Positions 1 to 12,545 of a DNA stretch of 64,000 nucleotides are shown piece after piece. The position numbers and the translations under genes were made by a program. The notes beneath the pieces were generated by a model, which was given only the letters and a program-made list of their open reading frames with translations, made no database searches and had not been told where the DNA came from. The DNA comes from Octopus sinensis (lineage: Eukaryota), in assembly GCF_006345805.1 (NCBI RefSeq), contig NC_043004.1, forward strand, positions 37,014,001 through 37,078,000, read 5' to 3'. Each line of letters opens with the position of its first letter. Position 1 is the first letter of the stretch.

Positions 1-140
1 CTGGTATTTATTTAATCGACCCCGAAAGGATGAAAGGTAAAGTTGTGCACTGGGGTCGATGTAATCGATTTAATCCGTTTGTCTGTCCTTGTTTGTCCCC
101 TCTGCGTTTAGCCCCTTGTGGACAGTAAAGAAATAAGAAT

Positions 141-335
141 AGTTAACACGCTGGCCGGAATGCTTAGCGGTATTTGGCCTGTCACTACGTTCTGAGTTCA
201 AATTCCGCCGAGGTCGACTTTGCCTTCCATTCTTTGGGGTTGATAAATTAAGTACTAGGGTCGATATAATTGACTTGTTCCCTCCCCTCCAAAAAACAAT
301 TTCAGAATTTATGCCTATAGTAGAAAGTATTATTA
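141..335 (+). mobile_element. tRNA-derived SINE, family A (Meta-domain-like body, (ATT)n tail), 5'-truncated
   Basis: B-box-like GAGTTCAAATTCC, then GTCGACTTTGCCTTCCATTC..GGGGTTGATAAATTAAGTAC, then an ATT-type tail; the same sequence recurs at least 7 times in the window; further fragments at 1-135. Confidence 0.85.
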
Positions 336-344
336 GTCAGTAGC

Positions 345-735
345 CCTATTTTTATCACGTACTTTTACTGCATAACCGAGCACAGCTCTATGTACCTTGA
401 GTGTGTTCTGTGGTCTGTTGTGGTACTCAGAATGTGTGCGGTGCTTAGTTGTGCTAGTTTTTGGATGTTATATGTATTCGTAAGCCTTGGTGTCTTGGCT
501 ATGTATTTGTCTGAATGTTTTGTTCTTTTAATCGTACCTATTATTATAGGAATCGCTTCTGTTTTTAGGATCTCTTTCCAGATATTTGTATTTTGAGAGT
601 GTCTCCGTTTCTTTTACAGACACATTGTTATCTGTTGGGATTGATACATCGATTAGAAGATATTTCTTTTCTTGGTGATCTCAATACACTACATTGTCTA
701 TCAGTAGGTTTGCGGAAGTGTATATGATGGGGAAT
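345..735 (-). mobile_element. 3' end of a non-LTR retrotransposon with restriction-like endonuclease (R4/Dong/NeSL-type), decayed
   Basis: Manual translation with stops/frameshifts: NLLIDNVVY*DHQEKKYLLIDVSIPTDNNVSVKETETLSKYKYLE...EAIPIIIG...IQKLAQLSTAHIL, matching the PD-(D/E)xK RLE C-terminal pattern. Confidence 0.75.
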
Positions 736-799
736 GATCCTGTGAGTGTAGAAGTTTACATACTTATAATTGACTAGCAACACTTCAGGATTTCTTAGT

Positions 800-1080
800 T
801 TCTGTAACTTCCATACATGAATACTTTATTTTGATGCAGTTTGATCTTGGAATAACTAAAGGAATTTTTCTAACTGATCCTTCTCCTCCCTGCCTTAATT
901 ACATTAATATGTTTATCTGAAATTGATTGAGGCCATTTGAGTATTGCATCATTTACTTGTTAAAAGCAAGGTTTTCTCGCATGATTAATTGTTCCCATTG
1001 GCTAAGCGCAAAAGATCGATGTATTGGGGAGAAATGAAAAGGAGGTGAATTGTGTCTTAATTCTTAATGTTATTAGCGAA
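800..1080 (-). mobile_element. Possible highly decayed Penelope-like RT remnant
   Basis: Scattered peptides INHARK and NCIKIKYSCM resemble the Neptune-type PLE motifs IIxHARKSLLF and NTIKxSYSCM; many stops. Confidence 0.35.
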
Positions 1081-3036
1081 ATGGTTAGAACTTTCGTAAA
1101 TTTTGGTTCTGGACAGCTTACTCCATTTCTTGGTTGAAGATTAACATAACTCTAGTGTTGTACACTATGGATATTGCGACGGGCCACTGGCAAAACTTCA
1201 GGTGTGTTTCTTGCAAATGAGCTAAATAAGTAACATATTAATGATTATAATCAGATTTAGAGAATATAGATTACTGGTCGTTATTTTACCAACCCTACAA
1301 ACAGTCGAAACCAGTGTATTTCTAGTGCAGCACTTAAAGGGTTGTCACTAACTAGTGTAAGGCATTTAGTGAAGTCCTCTGCTATTTCTTCTCTACTACA
1401 ACAACAACAACTGCTGCTGCTGCCGCTGCATGTAGTATTGTCCTAATATTAATCATATTGATTTCTTCCTTCCATCCACATTGTTTAAATGTGGAAAATT
1501 AGATTAGAGAGTGCCAAGCCTTTTCTCAGTTGCATAAAAAACTATAAATAATAACCATTTCCTCTCCTTGTTCAAATTTGTAACAGTGGTGTTGTGTAGT
1601 TGATTAAATCGACCCAGTACATGCTTGATTTATTGATCAGAGAGATGAAAGACAAAGTTGATTCCCATAGGTTTTGAAATCAGAACTAGAGGTATATAGT
1701 CATGTGCTTTCCTGTTTCTCCCTCTTAACCAGCTCAACATTAACGATAATCAATAATAATAATAACTAATAATATGTCTCTAGACACAAAAGAGTTTTGT
1801 AAAGAGAAATCAACTCAGTACACATTTGAAGTTGGGAGAGATGAAAGCAACGTCGACTCCGATGGGATTCGAACTCACTGCACTAGCCTATTAGATAATA
1901 TCAATCAACTCAGTCGGATCTTAAGGCATGAGGCTAATAATCTGAGCTGATAACTTTATCTTTTTTGGTTGCAATCAAGGTCATGTATTTAATTGATGTG
2001 TGTGTGCGGTGTGCTTACTGCAAACTAGCAAAACCCGAAGAAATTCGTGGGTTCTGTCAGTAAAAATCGAGAATTGTAGCTCCTTGTTGTTGTGATGGAG
2101 ACGACGGCGAATGAAAGGCAAGATAGAAAGAGATGGGGGGGTGAATATGGAAGAGGAGACAGTGACAGGGATTAGTTTAGTGAAAGGTAGGAGAAACAAA
2201 ATAAAATGAAACGTCATTGATCGATACAGATATCACACACACACAAACACACATACACATACACACTGAGAACTGTAACAGTATGATGTGGTGATGATGT
2301 TGGAAGGGTATTCATCAGTGGATTTTTGTCTGTAGTAAGAAGCTGGCGGTGAACATTTTTATGATTTTAAAAAATACCGTATGACTGAACGTATGTAGTA
2401 CCATAGTGGAAGCAAATGTTGCCACCGCCATCAATGCTACCGTGACAACCAACAACAAATAAAAAACGTCATTATAACAAATAAACATCACCACTGCCAC
2501 CACCAGCATTTACCATTAACGTCTGATTTCCCTCCATTTTTCTCTGGCTTTCACTTTTGAGTTACTTCCCTTAAAGTGACACAAAAGGTAGCTAACAACG
2601 TACAATTGTATTAATATGAAAACTAAAAGCAACACTTAGTCGAATGATACGGCTTCAACTGAACATTCCTTTGTAAAATATTTTTCTCTAAGTCAGAGAA
2701 AGTGTACATTTTCAGTAAATATTTTGTGTATTCATTTTCATAGTGGCAAGTATATATATATAGGGATGGTATTATTAAAATACCATCACAAGTGGTAAGT
2801 GAATTATCAGCCGTACAGGCAAATTAATAAAATATATACATACAATATTAGATATGTACATATATATACACAAGGGTACTACATGAGTACCTATATTGTT
2901 AATGACAGAAGTCAAAAAATACTTCTGTACCACCGAATAGTCACACATCTATTACAGACAAGATAGGAAAAAATATCAGTGAACAATAATAATGTCTTAC
3001 CTCAAATGGGTCAGAACAAGTAAATGCTGGTCAACA

Positions 3037-3090
3037 TGGTACCGGTTTCGAAATTTAGGGCCACCTAGGCGCGTGATTTCTCATCAGCCA
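3037..3090 (-). ncRNA. Minimal type I hammerhead ribozyme motif, intact core
   Basis: Minus strand: tgg-CTGATGA-GAAAT(21-nt loop)ATTTC-GAAA-CCGG-TA-cca; 5-bp helix II, palindromic helix III ACCGGU, GUA site, 3-bp helix I. Confidence 0.75.
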
Positions 3091-3419
3091 AAGTCCGCCA
3101 GCTAAATAACTACTAATATTCTCCCCCATCATTCTTGCGAAAGTTCGTTTGAAGTGACCAAGCACCGTACGAACAAATGAAATGCGTAAAATCATATATA
3201 AATAAATATACACACACACACACACGCACACACAAGTGAGTGTGTAAAATTCCTTATAGAAAGAAGGGTGCCATCGCAAATCAACAACCACGACATTCGT
3301 GTATAAGTAAGAAATGAATCTAATAGACATATATATTGTTAAATACTTCAATTGCTCTTTTCTGAAAGTACCGCCCTCTATATAATTAACTCTACATATA
3401 CATGTTACGCCCCAAAAGT

Positions 3420-3791
3420 ATCTTTTATCTCTTGCTTTTATCAGCCATCAGACTGTGGCCATGCTTGAGGAATTTTTAGTCGAATGAACCAACCCCAGTA
3501 CATTTTTTTTAACGTGATACTTATTCTATCGGTGTCTTACGGAGGCGTAAACATACTAACATCGGTTGTCAAGTAGTGGTGGAGACAAACACAGACATAA
3601 AAACACAGTCACTTATATATATATATACACGATGGGCTTCTTTCAGTTTCCGTTTACCAAATCCACTCACAAGGCTTTGGTCGGCTCAAGACTACAGCAG
3701 AAGGCAATTGCCCAAGGTACTGCACGGTGAAACTGAACCCGAAACCATGTTGTTGTAAAGCAAACTTCTTACTACACGGTCACACCTGCGT
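3420..3791 (-). mobile_element. tRNA-derived SINE, family B, diverged
   Basis: Reverse complement of the family B copy at 32461 (CTTTCAGTTTCCGTTTACCAAATCCACTCACAAGGCTTTGGTCGG). Confidence 0.85.
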
Positions 3792-3919
3792 TAAGTAGAT
3801 TTTTTATATGCATTAGATATGAAATTGTGATTTCTTTTCTGTCTCTTGAAATATAGACGAAGAAATTAGATGATTTTTAGCAGCTTCCTACTTCGCATGA
3901 CAAGGTAACAGAAAATATT

Positions 3920-4108
3920 ATTTTCTACTCTAGAGACAAAGCCCGAAATTTTGGGCTAGTCGATTAGATCGCCCCCAGTACGCAACTGATACTTAATTTA
4001 TCGACCCCGATAGGATGAAAGTTAAAGTCGACCTCAGTAGAATTTGAACTCGAAATACCGCTAAGCATTTCGCCCGGCGTGCTAACGTTTCTGCCAGCTC
4101 GCCGCCTT
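3920..4108 (-). mobile_element. SINE family A with 16-bp target-site duplication
   Basis: Head AAGGCGGCGAGCTGGCAGAAACGTTAGCACGCCGGGCG on the minus strand; GGTAACAGAAAATATT at 3904-3919 and 4109-4124. Confidence 0.9.
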
Positions 4109-4418
4109 GGTAACAGAAAATATTGATAGTTTTCCTGCGTCAGATGATTGTTGTAACTTCCAGCATCACCTGGCAACTTTAGGTCACCTAAGATGAACAT
4201 TTTCATACACTGTTACCGATTACGAACCAAGAATATCTTCCAATCACAATGCACCATTTATACCAAAGGGATATATATATTTACAGACTAAACCCAGCCC
4301 ATTTGATTGCATTTCTGTGACAAGACAAACCATGCTGGAACTCCGAGAAAGAAATAAGTCTAAATCACATAATTATGCTAATATGTGCCTCGGCTGTTGA
4401 TCTGAAATGGTACGTGTG

Positions 4419-4509
<91 letters not shown>

Positions 4510-5604
4510 GATGAAAATGAACGAGGATGAAAAAGTTTGTCAGATGTGAGGTTTTAATGAGTGACTCTGGCAAACATACAACCTACGCGTTAATTTTTAA
4601 GAGAAAAATGTGTAGATTACACTGCTTCTTTGTCTACTTCCTATATGTTGCCCAAAGTTTAAGGTTACATCTACAAAGAGCTCTTTGAGAAGAAGAAAGA
4701 TATACACTTCAGTTTTGGTTTTGGTTTTTTGTTTTCTTTTTCTTGTGTACGCTTTGGCCAAGCTTAGACCTCTGTCCTATATCGCATGACTAAACACAGC
4801 TAAACAATCATTTAATAGTCTGAACATTCATAGTCAACTTCATCAACAAACCCACGTAGCATTAGCAGACGCTCTGATATATATACACAGTGCTAGTAGT
4901 CTACGATTAACTCACATGAACATTAGGTCATTGGTGGACATATTTTACATTACGAATGTCCATAAATATTCACGTACATAAAGACATCTACATACATGGG
5001 CAGTATGAAGGAAAGAGAAAAAAAGGCGAAAAGGAAAATGGAAGAGAAACTGGGGAAGAAAGAGTGGAAGGAGGAGTACGAAGGAAGAGGATAAAAAAAA
5101 GGAAAGAAAACAGAGCGGAGAAAAAAAAAAGAAAGGGAAACAGGGAAAGAGAAATAAGTGAGAAACGCCAAAAAATAGAGAGGGAGAGAAGAAGAGAGAG
5201 AGAAGTAGGGAGACAGTTTTACGACTATTATAATTATTAGATTATAATAGTCATAATTCAATTTATGAGGTGAGTTTTTTATTTATTTATTCTTTTTGTC
5301 CTATAGAAAGTTTGAGCTAAAACATAAATAAAGAGAAAATTCTGAATACTGGTTATTTGTCCAAGTTCTCAGACTGGTATGATCAATAGCAGAACGGCCT
5401 GAAGTGTATATTAAGCAAAGACTATGATTTCCTTTTCAAAAACCGGGTAGTATTTAAAAAGCTGTGGTGTAGGTGTGCGCGCACACACACACACACACAC
5501 ATACACACACTATTCATAATTGATAATGAAGCTATTATGAGATAAAAAAATTTTTTCGCCTCATATTTCGGGTAAATAAAAGGAAAAACGGCTTCCTCCT
5601 GACT

Positions 5605-6686
5605 AAAAGCTATGAGTCAAGTCAAATGAAAGCTTATGACGCATCAAACACAGCAACAACTTTCAATGGACGGACGTTGGGGGAAAGGAACAAAGAAAAT
5701 GTAATCAATTATTTCGATGCTGGACGTATTAAAACATTTCCAGATTTTACATTTTGGGGTTTCATTTGTTAACAGTTATTATGAAAACAATGAGACGAAA
5801 GGTGAAACTTAGCTGGGAGATCGTGTACTGGATTTCATTGACACACTCAGAAGGCAGAGATGGCTCTGTATGTTTAATTGGTCTGCTGTATCATTTCCGT
5901 GCGTGGATCCAACGAATCTGAACCGCATTTTAGGTGAAGTGTCCTCTCTCTCGCAGACTCGAGCACGGAAACTTATCTTAAGCTCGTTGTACACACGGAC
6001 ACACACACTCACATACACACATATTTAAGTATGTATGTATGTATGTATGTATGTATGTATGTATGTACATGACTTTTTGGAAGTGAATATCGAGCTATAA
6101 ATAATAGCATGCAAACATCGGTTGAAATCCCCTTTTAGAGAGATGAAATATTGGAGTCTTCGGCTTTTTTCTGCCTAGAAGGGTTTTAAACCAAAAATTT
6201 TCATATTACTAATAGCTTCAGATATACTTCAAGAACCAAATACCCACAAAAAAAATTCCGCGTTCTCTCGACAGTTTATGAATTCTTATGAGGTCACCGA
6301 TATATATGTATATCGGTCATGAATGAACATGGGATTGAACCTAGAATGTTGCCCTCCGAGGCACAAGTCCGGGCAAGGTTGTTTGTGGAAGGTCAGCAGT
6401 CGCCCATGGATACCAGCCTCCCCTCTCCACACACCACCGATTCTATCCAAGGGAAAGGCAAAGGGTTCGATCCAGCTTGGCACCAGTGATGTCGCAACAC
6501 ACTTACTACAGCTGAGTTAACTGGAGCAACGTGAAATAAAGTGTCTTGCTCAAGAACATAACAGGCAGCACGGTGCGGGAATTGAACTCACAACCTCAAG
6601 ATCGTAAGCTCAACGCTCTAACCACTGAGCCATGCGCCTTCACACACACACACACACACACACAACACACACACACACACACACAC

Positions 6687-6734
<48 letters not shown>

Positions 6735-6911
6735 ATATATACATGACAGTTGAAACCCTCCTGTCACAACCTGGGACCTTGAAGACTGATTTAATGCAAG
6801 AAAGTATACTAGTCCCTTAATATTTGATATTCAATAGTTCATCTATTCAAAAGCTATGAGTCAAGTCAAGTGAAAGCTTATTACGCATCAAACACAGCAA
6901 CAACTTTCAAT
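5605..6911. repeat. 63-bp direct repeat pair (5605-5667 and 6849-6911)
   Basis: AAAAGCTATGAGTCAAGTCAARTGAAAGCTTATKACGCATCAAACACAGCAACAACTTTCAAT, 2 mismatches. Confidence 0.9.
6314..6643 (-). mobile_element. tRNA-derived SINE, family C (CORE-like body)
   Basis: Minus strand starts GTGAAGGCGCATGGCTCAGTGGTTAGAGCG (A box)...GAGTTCAATTCCC (B box), then CTTGAGCAAGACACTT. Confidence 0.85.
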
Positions 6912-7142
6912 ACTTCATTTCATTTTACTATATATACTATTTATACTATATATTCTATATTCTACATTAATATTATAAAGAATATAAATAAAACATAAAA
7001 AACAGAGTTGGAATTCCTTTGAATAATATATATACATATATATATAGTCAATCCAAACATGAACAAGCAAGAAAAAACAACAACGCGAGGGCGTAGAATA
7101 AGTACAGTGTTATTGGATGCTCAAGAAAGGAAAGAAAAGAGG

Positions 7143-7177
7143 ATTTCACGTTTCGAGTGGAACTCTTCATCAGAAAT
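7143..7177 (-). ncRNA. Degenerate type I hammerhead motif (N17=G, likely inactive) in a short element spanning about 7040-7255
   Basis: attt-CTGATGA-A-GAG ttcca CTC-GAAA-CG-T-G-aaat; helices I and II pair, but the cleavage-site base is G. Confidence 0.6.
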
Positions 7178-7300
7178 ATAGAAAAAGTCCAAAGAAGGGA
7201 AGACGGAGAAAGAAAATCGCCAACGATACACTCGCGGTCACATATTGAAATGATACACACACACACACACAGACACACACACACACACATATATATATAT

Positions 7301-7654
7301 GTAGGCGCAGGCATGGCGTGTGGTAGGAAACTTGATTCTCAACCGCGTGATTTCAGGTTCAGTCCCTCTGTGTGACACCTTGGGCAAGTGTCTTCTACCA
7401 TAGCTTCGGGCCGACCAAAGCCTTGTGAGTGGATTTGGTAAACGGAAGCTGAAAGAAGCCAGTTATGTATGTGTGTCTAAGTTTGTTTGTCCCACCCACC
7501 CACCATGACCGCTTGACAACTGGTGCTTGTGTTTAGATCCCCGTAACATCATTGGTTCGGCAAAACAGACCGATAGAATAAGTTCTTTGCGATTTAAAAA
7601 AAAGTCCTGAGGTCGATTTGTTCAATTAAAACCTTTCAAAGTAAAAGAATAAAA

Positions 7655-7655
<1 letters not shown>
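7301..7655 (+). mobile_element. tRNA-derived SINE, family B
   Basis: GTAGGCGCAGGCATGGCGTGTGGTAGG head, CTTGGGCAAGTGTCTTCT body; homologous to 32461-32878. Confidence 0.9.
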
Positions 7656-7685
<30 letters not shown>

Positions 7686-8026
7686 CTGCAGTGTTCACTA
7701 TGACAAATGAAAAGCAGCACTTGGTGCAGAAACAGATATATATTTGTTAGAAGTTGCAAGTTTCACATTGTGGCACACAGTTCCTCGTTGCCGATCTTTA
7801 GGCGACTAAGATCAATTGAACAAAGGGACATACAATAGAAAATGTAAAAAGAATATTTGGAGGATTTTGAATTACTCTTGGAGGAATTCCAATACAATAA
7901 AAGAAGCGATTTTGGGGGAAAAGCGTATGACGACGGAGATTGTGTGTGTGTGCGTGTGTGTGTGTGTGTGTGGAAAGCGAAATTAAATGGGTGTTGGAAA
8001 TACTAGTACATGGATAGAATTATGAA

Positions 8027-8859
8027 TCTCTCTATATATAAACGGCAGTTTGTCTGTCTGTGTGTCTGTTCAGGTTGTACCCTCACCCTGACCACGGCTT
8101 TCAACCGATTCTGATGAAACTTGATACACACATAGCCCAATGTCATAATTCAAAACTAACGCAGCGAAAATTTTGAAAAGTTCCCCCAGTTCTGAAAAAA
8201 AATTGATAAATTCGACATGGGGTCGAGAATCTAAGCTTTTTATATGCAACATATTTTCTGTTGTAGTTTTCGCAACTTGCAATCGATTTTCACCAAACTC
8301 ATGGTGAAGCTTAATGCTACCCAAAGAAACTTAATTCTGACGTTAGTTTTTCATGCAATACCTTACCATCAGAAAAAATCGATAAAATCATGCCATTTTG
8401 TGAAATCGCGTTCAAATTCAAGATGACATATTTTCGACAATATCTTTCAGAAATTGGCAGGAATTCTTTTTTAAATTCACACCGAGCATCATGTCTGCTC
8501 CAAGGAGCTATATGGCCCTTTTTATTCCAATAGGATACTTTATTACTGGAAAAAATCGGTTAATTAAATCATATGTGGCACACATAGCAAACCGCTTTGT
8601 GTATTAAACACAAACCACAGACTGTCTAGGGGAAGCAACTCGACCTTTTTAACTCTCTTGGGAGGCGCAATGATGTTTTCATGTTTTCGCCCAAAAGGAC
8701 AGCTAGGAACATCGTATACACAGAAGTATTCCAGTGAAGAGAAGACATTGCAACCTACACATGCGCCTTCGTTCCCTAGAGGGAAAGGACTAGATTGGGA
8801 TTAGTCGTTGCCTATTAGGGGCTCTTACATACCCGGGCAACGCCGGGCTATGCTGCTAG
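8027..8859 (+). mobile_element. Non-autonomous Helitron with both termini
   Basis: A|TC 5' end (TCTCTCTATATATAAACGGC); 3' hairpin CCCGGGCAACGCCGGG followed by CTAG|T; internal TARNIVYTEVFQ* (8699-8737) resembles the RepHel helicase C-terminus. Confidence 0.85.
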
Positions 8860-11800
8860 TTTAAAATAAATGTTGATTAATTAAATATGTCGAAGCTTGC
8901 AAGGGAGATGATGCATAAGAGAAAATAAATGAGATAAAATTCCTTTAAAAGAGAATATCATGACTGGAGACAAAAATCATGAAGTTAGCATCAAGATCCA
9001 CCATTTATGACACTTGCATGTGATAATACCGGGTGCATGCTTACAAGTTGATAATATCCCAGATTCTTTTCGAAATTTCAGAACAAAACGAGAAGCTTTT
9101 CAGTAACATGCCCAGTAAAGCACTTCAGCATTTAATTTCAACTTCATTCATTCTATCTCTTATCGGTACACGTTTGTATCTTTGAACTTGTCAAGCGATC
9201 AAAACAGATTCCGTATTCCACTAACTCACCCCTGGATGGCTGACGATTGCACGCTTACACGAAACCTAAGATTTCAGGGCGCTCCAGACAGAACTCTACA
9301 TCAACATTTTATGTATCAAGTTGTGTGTATGTATGTGTTTGTTTGTACAAATTGTGACCAGATATTTTTAATATAACATATGTATGGCAGTATGTTTGTG
9401 TGGCAGGAGAGAGTCTTTTTTAGTTTTTTTTTTTTTTTTAGTTTTATATTTGTGTGTGTGTGTGTGTGTAATGAGATGCATACGAGCGCTTTAGATTATT
9501 TGAACTTTCTGAATCATAGAACCTGAAATTTAATTACTTCTTCGGAATAAAATGAAAATTCATTGACCAATCTACCAGCAATGATCTGTACGTATGCTGT
9601 TATTCATATTACTAACACTGTAGCGAGAAATTAAAGAATTTAAATATTGTTCGCCATGTATGAAACATTGACGGAGGAATGAGTTGTGGCCAAAATGACA
9701 TCCGGAAGCGTATGACATTAAACATGACAGGACATACAACTGGTATAATTAAACCATTTAATTCGAAAATGATATCAATCTATTTCACATACATATTGAA
9801 TCAGTAAAAGTGGGGGAATGCAAATTAATTTTAGTCTTTGAATTTCCTCCCCCACCTTACTCGTTTTAATAGCTTTTAATACTTTCTTCTTTTAAATTCA
9901 ATTTAACGAATTGCTTTTGAAGTTCGATTACTGCGGGCAATAGTTACTCACAACGGAAGTAGTGAAACAGCTGATGTGTTTTGCGGTTCCCCTCTTCATC
10001 TGGTGATCAGCTTTTGATTTCCTGTAATTGTTGAATAATAACAGGCTTCCAGACATCAGACGTAATAAATTTGACTTTTCTTCCACCCCAACCTTTACTT
10101 AGTTTACGTCGAAAATTTAATTGTATTAAATAGAATGATATTAAGGCTTCTATTTTCTATCGAAATTAATATTGATTTCTCCAACCCCACTAAGAATATT
10201 TTTAATGCATTATCTTACACTAATGTTTAAAAGAATCAAGACTTGTTTAACATTTTCATTTTAAATTTCGTTCAAGGAAGATGGGTTGGAGATATCGAAC
10301 TAAATTTAATGAGCCTAAAATGAAAATTAATTCTTTTTTAGTGAAAAATAGGAGAAAATTTGTGATCCCTGTTTTAATGAAAACTGCATCACAACACAAA
10401 CGACTTTCAATTAATATCGGCTTTATAAATTCAATACATTCTGATAATCGATGCTTATATTCCATGTTCCTAGTTAATATCAACAGATCAAAAATATACT
10501 CAACTCTTTTGATTCAGTTCCCAGTTTATTGTAACCATTGTTCTTTAGTTTTCAATAGAAAATAATAAAAAATTATTATACACACAATAATGCCTATTTA
10601 TAGCATTTTATCCCCATCTATGTATGTATACCCCCATTAAATGGACAACAGTTGTACACTTAAAAACCTTCAACTCGCAATTAAGCCCAGTTTATATTCA
10701 TCGTAAGATTTTTCTTTGTATCTTTTGTCACAGTTACATTTTGGACATTACTGTCTTCCAAAATACTTGTACAGCATTCCATGATTTAGATATCTTTCCA
10801 TTATTCCCAAAATTATATTTGTGCAAAATTTCTCATGTTCGAAGTTTTTGATGGTGAATTACATTGAAATTGCATCACTTAACGCTTCTTATCTAAGAAC
10901 TTTATTCTTTTTATGGAAAAAAAATAATATTCGAAATCAGGAAAGATTATAGTTGCATTATTAGATGTCTTGCAAACAACTTGCACATGCAAGTGCTACC
11001 AGTTAAAAGCTCCGTATACCGGAAGCTAGCAAGTGTACGGGGTCATCAGGAGAGAATGCGTGCCGTTTCGGGGCTTACCTCTCGACGGCATCAATGCGCA
11101 CCGGCCCCACTCACTGATATGAGGCCCCGCTTGCTAGATCAGCTGGTTATGAAGAACTCAATATACTTCTAGCCATCGCTCATCGTCTCTTTTTAACCAA
11201 ATCCAGTGTTCAAATTCTGTCACAGTCAACTTCCTTTTCGGGCCATTAGTAGAAGCCTGGCAAAAACCGCAATGCCCTTAGATTACTTTATAGTATTTAG
11301 TTACCTTCTGGTTTTAAAGTTTTAATATTTATGTCTTTTACCTCTCTCCCAGAATTAAATAATTACCAGTCAGACAATGAATCAGGCCTGTTGATTGAAA
11401 TTTGAACCTATAATTTATAATAGTGTCTGTACATGGAAATAATATTATCGTTTAGAATTTAAGTCTAAATTTGTTATCGTCAACAGGATTTTGCTGACTT
11501 TTCTTCTGATTAGTTGTCTACAATCGATATTTTTTCAACAGGGTATTACAGTGAAATTGATATCGAAGTTGACAGTATTTCGATTCATAACTACACAGCA
11601 AAATTAGCTAACTCTGAAGAGTTTCTATTATTTAATGACGTCAAACCAATATATGGATTTAATTAGTGAATCACATTTTTTAGTCACCATACTCATCTAA
11701 GACAGCAACCATAGTCTATTCCTTCCGATTTGGGTCAGATGAGAAGTAATTTTACAAATTACATTTCATCTGAAAATTGCTTCTCATCTAATGATTGCGA

Positions 11801-12140
11801 TCTTTTGGAGTGATGTGATATTCTCATTCTTCTGTTATGGGTTGTATGGGGGACAGCTGTGGTAGGCTGACAGTTGTCCATCGTGTCTTTATTGTTCATT
11901 TGATTACTTACACCATGGGATTTACGATTTGTTGGACACCCTAGAGTATACCAGCAACGTACTACTCAAAGTTCCCTGGCTTATCGTCTCTTAGATGATT
12001 CTCGCACGCTCACGCTGGCAAAATAACGTAGAGTGTATTACAATATGATTTCCTTGACTCTTACCATACAGCTACTCTTACCAGCGTTGCGCTTTACATA
12101 GTAGCCAAATATTGTAATATTACTTATACAACCTTTAAAA

Positions 12141-12230
12141 ATGGATTTGGAATATTACGACCTGGGATATTCAACAAAGAATATCTCAACACCATCGAAC
12201 GAACCCTATACAAGGCTACTACTAAAGTAA
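12141..12230 (+). mobile_element. N-terminal remnant of a Penelope-like ORF
   Basis: MDLEYYDLGYSTKNISTPSNEPYTRLLLK* resembles the Neptune-type PLE start motif xGYSxKNIPxPSxxxYxxxL; an HHR lies 100 bp downstream. Confidence 0.55.
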
Positions 12231-12326
12231 ATCGCCACTTTTTTTCCCCAGTAGCCGATGTCTGGTTGTGCTAATTAATTTCCGACGATAGAGGGCAGTC
12301 GCCATATTCCCTTCGATATCGGATAC

Positions 12327-12405
12327 CTCTGATGAGCGTAATTATATAATTGGATTATTACCTAACACTCCATTGTATCTTTGCGCGAAACCAGTTGGTA
12401 AGACC
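12327..12405 (+). ncRNA. Type I hammerhead motif, intact core, weak helix I
   Basis: ct-CTGATGA-GCGTA(long loop)TGCGC-GAAA-CC AGTT GG-TA-agacc; GUA site. Confidence 0.65.
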
Positions 12406-12447
12406 AGCCGTGATGGTTACTTAATGCTATACAATTCGGATTATATC

Positions 12448-12466
12448 TATCTCTCTCTCTCTATAT

Positions 12467-12545
<79 letters not shown>

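Noticed and set aside
6570-6643. tRNA gene calls at SINE heads (also 32461, 38437 and family A heads)
   Set aside because: They lack complete cloverleaves and continue into SINE bodies.
8108-8122. CTGATGAAAC inside the Helitron
   Set aside because: No room for helix II; it is part of the Helitron 5' sequence.
9236-9275. CTGACGA...CGAAAC hammerhead-like spacing
   Set aside because: Helix II has only 2 pairs, there is no UH after helix III, and no helix I.
10998-11194. Identity as SRP, 7SK, RNase MRP, telomerase RNA, SECIS or HDV-like ribozyme
   Set aside because: Only isolated few-nucleotide resemblances; the diagnostic motifs (SRP helix 8, MRP CR-I, telomeric template, SECIS GA quartet, HDV P1.1/P4/J4-2) are absent.
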